A stretch of 63,731 nt of DNA, counting the filler, from Kipferlia bialata (taxonomy: Eukaryota), in NCBI GenBank assembly GCA_003568945.1. It is 7 parts of 6 records of this genome, joined end to end, with 100 filler letters (N's around TTAATTAATTAA, not from the genome) between each part and the next. Parts side by side here need not be neighbours in the genome. Positions count along the whole stretch, not along the records: positions 11,982 to 23,860 come from BDIP01001169.1; 6 more parts are not named here. One strand, given 5' to 3'. Below, piece after piece: positions 12,162 through 23,960 of the stretch (position 1 is its first letter; each line of letters begins with the position of its first letter). Below the pieces are notes generated by a model. That model was not told the origin of the DNA. It made no database searches and saw only the letters and a program-made list of their open reading frames with translations. Made by a program: the position numbers and the translations under genes.

Positions 12162-13308
12162 GGGCACAGTAGAGAGAGAGGAGAGGAGGAGGAAGGAGGT
12201 GGGTGCATATAGCGGGATCCATGAGTCACTGTCGTGTGTATACATCTGCGTCTCTTGTGGCTGGTAGTGGTGAGTATATGCGCGTGTATACAGTGCTTCT
12301 CCCCGCTCTCCTCACCCTCAGGTCAGAGTGCTCAACAGTCTGCTACACTCAGTGCCACTCAGGCCTGGATACAGGTATGGGGTGTAGGATGGATGAGTAG
12401 TGGTAGCAGTGATGTGTGTGAAGAGACGTTACTTACACGATGTAATGGACTGTCATTGACTGGTCGGTATGTATATTAGCGTCTCACTCCAGGGACGATA
12501 GGCAGAGAGACCTGGAGGAGGCCAGGGGACAGGTATGGGCATATACGCATTATTATCATTGTGTTTAGCCATCCATCGTCGATTGGCTGACCCCATACAT
12601 CCACTCACACCATGTCCATATTTACCCTCACTGATGAGTATCCCCAGGACACTGAGCTATATGCATATACATATACACATACATATATATATATATACAT
12701 ACCATCCTTAGTGACTGACCCCTAGGACACTGTGCGCAGTGTGAGGCCTCTGTCTAGAGTCAAGACACCCCAGGAGGTAGGGGGGTGTATATGCAGTAAT
12801 TATGTCATAATGAATTGTACATATTCTCATAGTATATATACGTAATGGTAGATGTGGTCAAGACACCCCAGGAGGTAGGGGGTGTATGGTGGAAAGAGAG
12901 GCTTTATCATTGGACATGTGTATATGTACATTTATTTGGTGGTTGTAATGTATATATACTACAGTCTGTGGACACATTGATGTGTTTGTCTGGAGAATTG
13001 ATAATATGTCTTGATCTACTGTTTCCGTGTGGTATGCAGTATTTTTATATCTGATTTCGTCTGACCCCCAGGTGTACAGGCGAGAGATTGGTGCATACAG
13101 GGACCAGAATGCACCACAGCACCAGGTATATATCTCTGCATACTCTCATATATGTATATTACTGTATACATATCCATCTAACCACCTGTCTCACCCCTCA
13201 GCCCCCACCCCCTAGTAGGGAGAGAGCCGCCTCGAGGGAGAGAGCGTCGTCTAGGGAGAGGGGCAGCTCTAGAGCATCCTCCAGAGAGAGTCAGAGGGTG
13301 GTAAGGTC

Positions 13309-13339
<31 letters not shown>

Positions 13340-14091
13340 CTCAGCAGGGACAATGATGGAGTGACTGGGTGGAAGACTGATAGGTATGACACACACTCTA
13401 GACTGGTGTGAGTGCCCTATAATATGAGTGTCCCGATGACCCCCCTTACCCACAGGTGCAACACTGCAGATGAGCTAGAGAGAGAGGCCCTGAGAGCAGC
13501 ATACACCCTGGCTGCCAGGCACTCTGGTATGTAATGCTCGATTATCAGTGTGTTATTATTCCCTAGAGCAGGACTTAGATATGTATATATTGATATAGAT
13601 GTATAGATGTCTCTCCAGGGTATCGCTATCTCACTCTCTGTCTTCCTGTACGTATGTCTGTATTTGTGTGTGTGTATCTATCCTCACCCCCCAAGGCAAG
13701 AGGTCTGGGTCCCACGATGCTGATGAACGCATTCTCAAGCCAAGTACACCCTCAGTGCAGGGTATATACAAGGTACGCGAGTGTATATACCATACATATG
13801 ATGGGTCGCAGTTGTTGGTGTTCGGAATATCATTCAAATCTGACCAGCAGGAGACCCCTACTCTTTCAGCGAGGGAGAGAGAGAGAGAGAGGCACAGGGA
13901 GAGAGAGAGAGAGATGAGGGTGGAGAGAGAGACCACCCAGAGACCAGTAGACGAGGTACCCGCATATGCATATAGTCTTCAAAAGAACTCATTTCCTCCC
14001 GTCCGCCTGAGTACATACATCTCACTGTCAGGTCAGAAATGGTAGGTGGACCCCAACTAGGAGTAGGGTTGGTTATGACGCCAAGAGCTAG
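12162..14091 (+). CDS. Multi-exon hypothetical R/S/E-rich protein; start codon unresolved
   Basis: About 10 phase-consistent exons: GTVEREERRRKE / VRVLNSLLHSVPLRPGYR / DDRQRDLEEARGQ / DTVRSVRPLSRVKTPQE / VYRREIGAYRDQNAPQHQ / PPPPSRERAASRE... / CNTADELEREALRAAYTLAARHS / ... / VRNGRWTPTRSRVGYDAKS, with TAG at 14089-14091. Confidence 0.65.
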
Positions 14092-15277
14092 ACTCTCAGT
14101 GGAGAGGGGGTTGAGAGACTCACTCCGGATGGGAAGGGAGCTGGGGTTTCTAGAGAGATGGACGGAGCGAGTTGGTACTTGCTTGACTCCACTACATACC
14201 CTCTAGATGTATCATCAGGTGTAATGGACTGTAGTCTGAAATGGTCCAAAGCGGACTCCTTACATAGCATACTGGTTGCATGAGCCACTCTCTCATATAT
14301 CTATATCTATATCTTCTCAACATAACCTAGTGATAAGAGCACACTTGTGTGCGTTGTGTCTTCCGTTCTACTGTGAGTATATCGAAGTCATCACAAGGAT
14401 AGTATTCCTATAATTGTGCTGTTCCATTGACAATACTGTATGTAGGTCTATTGTCTATATTTCCAATGAGAAGTGACATAACTCAGAGTGATACCCTCAC
14501 CAAGAGGGGATCATTTGGGCATGAGAGATTGTTGATACCATTCTTCGGTTGATGACTAATCACCAGTTCACCAATTGTCCTACTGCTAACAGCACAGTAA
14601 CTAAAGTGTAGCTGTCAGTATTGTACTGTGGTTCCTAGAGATCTATATTCATCGGCCAGTAGTGGGAAGCTTCGGTTCGAATGGCTACACGGCTGACTAT
14701 GCACGATGAATGAAGACACACACTGAGGCTTTTCAGTGTATTACTCGGCAACATAACATAACCCACGGATTCATATTATGAATTTCATAATCAGACGACT
14801 ATGAGATATATTGACAAGTTTGCAGGTGATCTTTGTGGGTACTAGTGTCCCTGGATCAGTCACAGCAGTCACTGCTGCAGTGTTCACCCGTTGTAGCAGC
14901 AGTAGATTGTAGTCCGATACCTATCGTGTATATAGGTGGCTATGAATTAGGGTTTTACTGAGTGAACTTCAGTTAAAGTATTCTCAGTTGAGAATAGTGT
15001 ATGCCAGACTCAAACTCGACTCGATGACTACCCTACATGTATCATATGACATATGTTGAGAACACCACGTTAATATGAACACACGATGTGCTTTGGGTAT
15101 CTCAATACCTTCACCACTGTAATGTATACGTACATGCCGATAGATGGCCTCAGATACCAACCCTGACTAAACAGAATTCACACTAGTGCTACTAACCTTG
15201 ATGTACATATACTAACCCAGTGCGAGGTATGAATGTGTATGCCCTCTCTCTTGGAGTGACCACTCAAGCATAGCAGT

Positions 15278-16774
15278 ATGGGAGGTGGGGAATTAATGTG
15301 GTACTGGTGTTGGTCATCTAGCATACACAATCTGCTAGGGCTACAGTATACCCACTTAGATTCGGTCCCTCCCATTACACACGCCCCCGCTACCCATACA
15401 CCCATATGCCTACTGACCCCAGGCAGTTCATCTAGTGAGCACAGCACACACCACGAGTCAAAGCACAAGCACAAGCATCACAAGGTGAGGGGTACTGTTG
15501 ATGGATAGTCTCTGTTTCACTCCCCTCTCTCCATTCCCATTACACTATGGGATACATGGAACAACACCCTATGGCTATGAGCTCTCTCTCTCTCTCTCTA
15601 ACTTCCTCTCTCCCCTCCACCTCACTCTCACCCTCTAGGAGAAGGAGAAGCACAAGAAGCATCACAAGGTGAGCTACTACCAGTCTCTCATCTCTTATCC
15701 CCTCTCCCCCCTCTCTCTCCCCTCTTCCCTCTACCTCCAGGGCCACAAGCACCATGCCCCTACCCCTGATGCAGGTATGGGTTACACCTCAGATGCATGT
15801 GTATACATAGTATATGTTAATGTGATGCATCTCTAGCTACTCTATTTGGACACCGCGTAGATTTGAGGGATGTTGTTTGTCATACCATTCGTCCCCATAG
15901 ACTCTGTCAGTAGGACATACTAGTGTAGACGCCCTGTATGTTGTGTCTATATATTACACACAGTATCTAGCTCTGACCCCCTAGGCATAGGCAGCCGTGA
16001 CACGCCCCAGAGTGAGATGGAGAATGAGTACGTCAACCCCATACACCGAAGCAGTAGACACTACTCATACACACATATCTCCAATGATTCATTTCTCACC
16101 ACTATCTCTTTCCACACCCCTCTCGGATACCTCACCTCAGGGCCTTCAGAGAGGCCTACCAGACTGACTCCCTAGGCAACCAGTCCAGGGCCATGGCCGA
16201 TGAGCTGCAGTCAGTGTAAGTGGTGGATATAGTGGTGTATACTCTGTGTATCTGGTGATGTCTCTCTAACCCAGTGCCATGTCTCCCATGGGACCTGCCC
16301 CCCACCCCCACCCTGCCCCAGTCACACACAGGAAGGGTGCATCAAGGCTGGTGATGGAGGAGGTATGGGCATGGGAATATGCGTCAATACCAACATCACC
16401 CTTGCATTCCTATACACTTGCATTGGAATACCCACTCACACACTACCTCACCCCCAGAATGCCTGGCGCACACCAGGTGGTAGTCAGGGAGAGGTATGGT
16501 GATGCATATATATAAATGGATAGTGTTGATACATATAGATACATATAGATACATACATAAATAGTGATAGCCAGGTGGCAGTCAGGGAGAGGTATGGGGT
16601 AGTGCCACTAATAGAGGTATATAGTACATGTCTATATATGTTTGTGTGTTGTCTCCAAGGAGGGGTACACACTCACCCTGACACCAGGACTCCTTATGAT
16701 ACATATATTTATATATAGATACATGTAATCTGACCCCCCAGGAGGTTGATGAGCTGTCACCATGTGAGATGTAG
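15278..16774 (+). CDS. Small (135 aa) His/Lys-rich protein with N-terminal myristoylation-type motif, 9 exons
   Basis: Exons 15278-15284, 15423-15484, 15639-15668, 15741-15774, 15985-16027, 16141-16215, 16275-16362, 16458-16493, 16742-16774 give MGGSSSSEHSTHHESKHKHKHHKEKEKHKKHHKGHKHHAPTPDAG...EVDELSPCEM*. All junctions are GT-AG and in phase. Confidence 0.72.
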
Positions 16775-17206
16775 GGAGGATAGTGCTAGAGAGAGGGAGT
16801 CAGAGAGAGAGAGTACGACTCTGACCTGTACGTAGAGGGCGTCAGAGTGTATGTGTGTGTGTTTGTGTGTATGTAATAGATTCATTGTGTGCTGATCGCT
16901 GCTTTGGCTCTGCAACAGGAACCTCTACATCTACTATGACATTACACCATAGCGATACAGTATATAGGTGCCATCCATTATTGTGCTACACGACTCAGTC
17001 TGACAAATTCACCATACATCCACCTATACATACACATTTATATCTAGAGTGCACCCACCCACGGGCCATACACTATCATCCAAACAACAAGTCAAACCTC
17101 TCGCCTACTCTCTTTCTCTCCCTTCTCCTCATCTCTCGTTAGTCTTTCTCTCCCTCCTTCACAGATTCTTCCGTATCTCTCTCTCTCTCTCTCTCTCCCT
17201 CCCTGT

Positions 17207-19764
17207 CTAGTAGAGCACGTCTGGCAGGTTGCTGCTGGACTTGCCGAGACCTATGGGGTCAGTACACACTCATATATATATATATACCATCTATATACCC
17301 CTGTCCACCCACCTGTGTCCTTGACCCGCTGGCTGTAGGTGGATCTCTTCCTAGGAGTCAGAGGGAGAGAGAGAGAGAGAGAGAGAGACATATGGAACAG
17401 AGTATAGCATAACACGACGTGACTACGCATACATCTACACCCCACACCCACCTAGCCTGTGAGGGTGACATGTGTCCGTTGGGAGGAGGCCGGGGCTTCC
17501 TGCCGCTGGGGCTCTCTGCCATCCTAGATGTCCTGAGGTAGGGGCTCTCACTGAACCTACCATCCGGTACAGGGGACATGGGGGGGGCTGGGGGTGAGGC
17601 ACATACTAGGGAGAGCCGAAGATGGATTAGGGAGAGAGGGGGAGAGAGAGCAAGGCACTCTCCAGAATACACAATACCTCCAGTATACACACAGTATCCC
17701 ATGTCCCTACCTCCTGTGACGCTCTCGAGTGGTCTAGGGGGTCCCTTGTGGGAGGGCATGGGCCTTCTGATGTGCTGCTTCCGCCTGGGTGACAGCATCT
17801 CTACCGCATGCACAGCCCTGATGGTAAGGGGGGGGGGGGTATGTATAGGTAAGAATACACCAACACATAGGTATAGTAATGTGTGCACCCCCACCTGACT
17901 CCCTCGAGACTGGCCACGTCCCCAGACACACAGTATGTCAGCACAGACCTGGGGGTGAATGGATAGAAGGGTGGGGGCATGTCCAACAGCAACATAATAG
18001 CCATATCATCCACTCACTCTAGCAGGTGCCCTCTGTCTGTGGCGCTGAGTGTGCTGAGGTCAACGTCCAGACCAGCACTCAGACTGGAGAGCCTGGCCAG
18101 GTGCAATGCAGACAGCCTGGGGTGGGTGTGTATACACTGCATATATACATATATATACTGATACACTATATGGTAACATAGCATCTGGGCAGACAGCCTG
18201 GGGTGGGTGCATGTACACTAGATATATACATATATATACAAATATATACATATATACACTATATGGTGACATGGCATCTGGGCAGACAGCCTGGGGTGAG
18301 TATAGATACACTGTATACATATGTACTACACATATGTAGGATGGATGGGTCAGATGGATGGTAGACAGCCTGGGGTGGGTGGGGATGAGACGGGATATAT
18401 ACACAGCCTATCTATATACTACACCCTACACCCACTATGCATTCACATACATCCACCTGGTGACGTCTGCCTCAGTATCAGTATCATTATCAGTACATAC
18501 TGCATATCATATATATCATACAATGTATACACCCAAACATACACCCACCTCGTCAGGTCATCCCGGGTGCAATCATGGCACCCCCACTGACACTGTATAT
18601 CATATATAGTACCATATGTATATATACACAGATACACACACATATATACCTTGTCAGGTCAGCCTCGGGTGCTATCATGGCACCGGCTGGGGCAGAGGCC
18701 AGAGAGGTCAGGAAGCGGTTGAGGGTCCTGAGGGGTCAGCATCAGTATCTATATATATAAGTATTTATATATTAGTATCTATCTATCTATCTATATCTAT
18801 ATCTATCTATATCTATCTATATCTATCTATATCTATCTATATATATATGGTTGAGGGTCCTGGGGTCAGCATCAATGTGAGGCATGATGCACATATCTAT
18901 GCAAACAGTGTATGCACTAGTATATGACAAGACATGTGTATATACTCATCTATCTATGTTACAGAGTAGTACATGAGTCTACACATCCACCCCACCTGTG
19001 TCTGAATGCATGATGTCCAACCTATCTCACTATATACACACCAATCAATATACACTTATGGATATATCAACTGCATCCACCCCACCTGTGTCTGAATGCC
19101 AGCATGATGCCGCGTCTGCTCTGCCAGGCACGGATGTCCAGGCACAGGAACCTGGGGGTAGGTGGGTGACTAGAATTGATGTATATATACACAACATGTA
19201 CCCCAGCCATCTCACACCCACTGACACCACTGCCCCATTGACAATGGTCTCTCTCTCTCTCTCTCTCTCACCATGTCAACCCACCTAGCGAGTCTCACGG
19301 CCACAGACACCCCTGCCTCCTTGACCCTAGTCCAGCTGTAGTCAGACACCAGCCTCAGGGCAGTGGGTACTGGGTCCTCAAGGCCAAGGCGGCCTGGGGG
19401 TGGGGGGGTGCATGTAAGGGAGGGTGTGATACACACACCAATAACACTTTCTGTCTGCACTATACATCTACAATCCATACCTGCCACCGTCCTAGCCCTG
19501 TTGATGGAGTGGCACATGCTCCAGTTGTCAAGGGCCTGGCGGGACCTGGGGGTGAGGGGTTGTGGATATATGTAGAGACAGAAATAGAGAGATACAGAGA
19601 GGAGCGGGACCTGGGATGAGTATACAGCCGTGTATATTGCATAGAGTACAGGTATGCCTCATGATCCCTGGTCCACCCCCCTCTATATCTATACTGCACT
19701 ACCTCAGCCTCTGGTCCTCCTTCTGCAGTGCCCTCAGGGCCAGTCTCAGCCTGGGGTGGGGTAG

Positions 19765-19795
<31 letters not shown>

Positions 19796-20531
19796 GTATC
19801 ATAGATACATATACCGCATGGCCAGTCTCAGCCTGGGGTGGGGTAGTATATATATATATATATATATATGTACCATAGATATATATACCCCTAGGGCAGT
19901 CTCAGCCTGAGGGGAGGTAGTATGAATTATTACACGAATAGGTTCACCCGCACCTCCTTGGCTCGAGACTGAGTGCTGTCCCCCTGACCAGCTGTCTGAG
20001 CGCAGACTGGGACTGGTCAAGGTCAGACACAGTGTCGACTAGGCCTGGGGGGTCAATATATATAGATATACACACACATAAGAATATATATATGTAATAT
20101 TGATATATGACACAGTGTCAACAAGGCCTGGGGGGTGAGTACTAAACAGAGAGAGAGAGACACAGTATACACGATATATATATCAATATGTATACATACA
20201 CAAAGAGTATATCAATATTGATATAGGACACAGTGTCAACTAGGCCTGGGGGGTGAGGGTGGGATGATATATATATATATATATGTATAAGAATACACTA
20301 TATATTAATAAAGAATGCATAACTATAGATATATGACACAGTGTCAACTAGGCCTGGGGGGTGAGGGTGGGGTATAGGTATATACATACACATATGGATT
20401 TAACCATACCCTGCACCCTCTTTCCCTGCATGCTTGTCCCCTGCATGTGTGACTGTACACTCTTCTCAGTCACCAGACCAGCCAGGGACCGGCGGTACAG
20501 CTGCATCTCGGCCAGCAGGGACTGGGGTCAA

Positions 20532-20562
<31 letters not shown>

Positions 20563-23500
20563 AATTAATATATACTATACATGTAGATATATAAAATACA
20601 CACATACATTTATACAGCTGCATCTCGGCTAGCAGGGACTGGGGTCAGCGAGACATGTGTATCCATGGGTACGTACATGCGTATATATACTTATGGAGAT
20701 AGATATTCGGTATCAGTTTATATATACTCATTCATACGCATCAACCCTCTATACCTTGACCCTTGCGTTCTTTGCATATCTCTTTGCTCTCTCCTGGGCC
20801 AGCCCTGCCCTCATGCGCTGAGGGTGAGGGGTGAGGGTGAGGGGTTATACACATAGAGAGTATATACACGGGATGTCATACTTATATTGTCTCACTGATA
20901 CTGACGGTGTCACTCACACCCGCACTCACTTCGATACTATACACAGTACATACACCAACCTGCATCTGCACCGACTCCTCACTATTAGTGTCTGTCTCCA
21001 AACCTGTCTCGGCAGAGGCAGAGGCAGAGGCAGAGGGCTCCTGGGGGTGAGGCTGAGTGTATATACTCAATATATATATGTATACTATATGTCTATACTC
21101 CATGTACACACATACTGTAGCGCTGCACTATACCTGCATCTGAGTCAGCCTCATCTGGAGCACGTCTCTGTCCTGGCCAACGGCCTAGGGGTAAGGGATC
21201 GACAAGGATGTGTGCATGTCATACATAGGCATATATGCAGCGGGTACATGTACTGGCCCACGGCCGAGGGTCAGGGGGGGATCGTGAATGGATGAACATA
21301 ACCATACTAACCAACATTATAGCACCCATACCCTTAGTGCCTCGTGTCACATACACATATAGATCGATACACAATCACATACACACTGTACATATATGTG
21401 TACATCCACACCATACCTTGAGAGCCTCGTTTGTGTCACTCAGCGCCCTCTCGCTGTGCACAAAGGCAGACTGGGTGGCCTTAAGGGCATCCCTCAGACG
21501 CTGGGGGTGGGTATAGTGATATATCATATATAGTGATATATCATCTGTATATATACTCATAGACGCTGGGAGTGGGTGTGGGTGCAGTAATAGATATATA
21601 GAGTGATGGATATAGAGACGCTGGGGGTGGGTATAGTGATGGAGACATATTCATAATACATACTACCCATGGTCACACACACCAGTCACTCTGACTCCAG
21701 GGCCTCTATCAGTAGTATCCGTAACAGTATCATATATACACACATCTCCCCTCTATACCTGTGACTCCGACTCCAGGGCCTCTATCACAGCCTCCCTATG
21801 CACCAGAATGGCACTCAGCCGGGTGCACCTGGGGTTGGGGTTGGGGGGGATGAGATATATGCGTATATATATACGTATTATGATGACACTGTGCAATGTG
21901 GATGTACCTGGCCTTGTACACAGCCATCCCCTCTCATCTCTAGTCAAACGTGTATATATACATATACACCATTGGATACATGTTCCATCATTCAGACACC
22001 ATGTACCTGGCCTTGTACACAGCAAGGTCCTCATCTGTGGAGTCTCTGTCCCTGGACTTGCCTAGCAGTGAGGGGGATACATGGGATCAGGATAATGCAT
22101 GCATGGGTAGATGGGTTCAGGTGGAGACTCAGTTCCTGTGGCTATTGGAGTTGAAGAAAGAACAAAACGGTATAGGGGCCCATCAGATAAACTGTATCAT
22201 AGCAGAGCACATCTTGCGTACCTCCCCCCACTGTGTTGTACTCCCTGACATCCCCCTTTCCCTGCTTGGCGTTGTACAGGGCCTGGGGGTGAGGGTATGA
22301 TATGGTTTATACATGAGGGTGTGGGGCAGAGGGTGCATAGTATCTATTGGAACGAATGTGCTGATAAAGGAAACACCTGTCCGACCTTGTTCTCTCCTAG
22401 TTACATATAATCTATACCCCCACCTGTCTGAGCTTGTTCTCTCTCTCTGTGGCCAGCGTCACCCTCCCCTTGAACACAGCTGTCATCTCCGTCAGTCTCT
22501 TCTCAAGCAGCTCAACCCTAGGGGTCAGGGGGAGTGATACACACATGCACCCACACGGGTCACAGTATCTGGATAAATATATATATATATTATAGACTCA
22601 GGAGTCTGGTACCTCTTCTCAGCGAGCAGTGCCCTCCGCTCACTCTCCTCCTCCCTGTGCCTCTCTGTCTCCAGCTGGGAGTGGGCATCCCTCCCTGAGG
22701 TTGTGTCCCGGTCACGCAGAGGCCGGGCCTGGGGGGTTAGACGATATATATATATATATATATATATATGCATGGACAGGCACACTACACATATATTGTA
22801 TAGAGAGAGTATATGTAATGCCCCCATACATACCATGTTGAGTGTACAGTATACATACCATGTAGTGTGTGAGGTGTACCTTCATGGCAGCGGCTGCGCC
22901 AAAGGCCTGGGCCTCCTCAGACACATGCGCCAGATGGGCCTAGGGGGTGGGGGGGGGGGGGGGGGCAGGTATATGTATATGAATATGCATGGCATTGCAG
23001 ATCATCATTCACTTGGTGGGTCTGCGGTGAGCGTGTAGATCAAGTAAGGTGGGTAGCTATTTAAGCCTGCATACCTAATCTACCGGTCTGTCTGCTGTGT
23101 CCAGAGGGGGTATGTAGACATGTATATATTCATCAGTACATGTATATATGTACATATATACACATCTATACATAAATATATATACCTCCTCTACCGCTCT
23201 GTCTGCTGTGTCCAGAGGATCCACAGGCCTAGGGGGGATGTTAAGGAGACCTGGGGTGAGTGGGGTCAGTATCATGTACCTATTAAGAACTATGATACTG
23301 TCACTGATAGGGGGATGTATACTGACACTGATGTTGATTCCTATACCCCCCTCCCCCATTATTCTGTCTGTCTGTATACTGTGATATATAACACCTGTAT
23401 ACACTGTTCATATACATATATCCCATTTCCACATACCCTCCTCCTCCATGATCCTGTCTGTCTGTTCCTCGGACAGGGGCACTCCATCCCCATCAAACAG

Positions 23501-23860
23501 AGACTGGGGTGAGGGGATAGGATTAATGCATGTGGTATGGATATGTATATGCATATATGTATATATATGTATATGCATGACTGAGATGTACCAATGAAGG
23601 ACAGGGAGTGCTGGGGAATACAGTGACAGCAGAGTGAATATGCCGAGTGACTGTGTGCCTACATACATACTCATACACACTGATATACCCCTACCTGTGG
23701 TATGTCTGATGCCATGGACACCGCCTCATCTACTAGGTGTCTGGGGGGTGAGGGGGGGAGGGGGAGTGCTACTATATACCCATCCATCCATATACATACA
23801 CACAGCACCTGATGTCCTCCCCCAGTCTGTCTGTGTCTGTGTCACATCTCTCTCTCTCTC
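17207..23860 (-). CDS. Long coiled-coil protein, ~24 short exons, 5' truncated
   Basis: Continuous phase-consistent splice path, e.g. ERRALLAEKRVELLEKRLTEMTAVFKGRVTLATERENKLRQ, LESESQRLRDALKATQSAFVHSERALSDTNEALK, RMRAGLAQERAKRYAKNARVKSLLAEMQLYRRSLAGLV. It ends GLGKSSSNLPDVLY with TAG at 17207-17209. Confidence 0.8.
20025..20362 (-). repeat. Four tandem copies of acceptor + exon start (CCAG|GCCTWGTYGACACTGTGTC)
   Basis: Acceptors at plus-strand ~20045 (true exon), ~20128, ~20246 and ~20354, separated by differing (TA)n-rich spacers. Confidence 0.93.
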
Positions 23861-23960
23861 NNNNNNNNNNNNNNNNNNNNNNNNNNNNNNNNNNNNNNNN
23901 NNNNTTAATTAATTAANNNNNNNNNNNNNNNNNNNNNNNNNNNNNNNNNNNNNNNNNNNN
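23861..23960. other. Synthetic contig linker
   Basis: 44 N + TTAATTAATTAA + 44 N. Confidence 0.97.
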
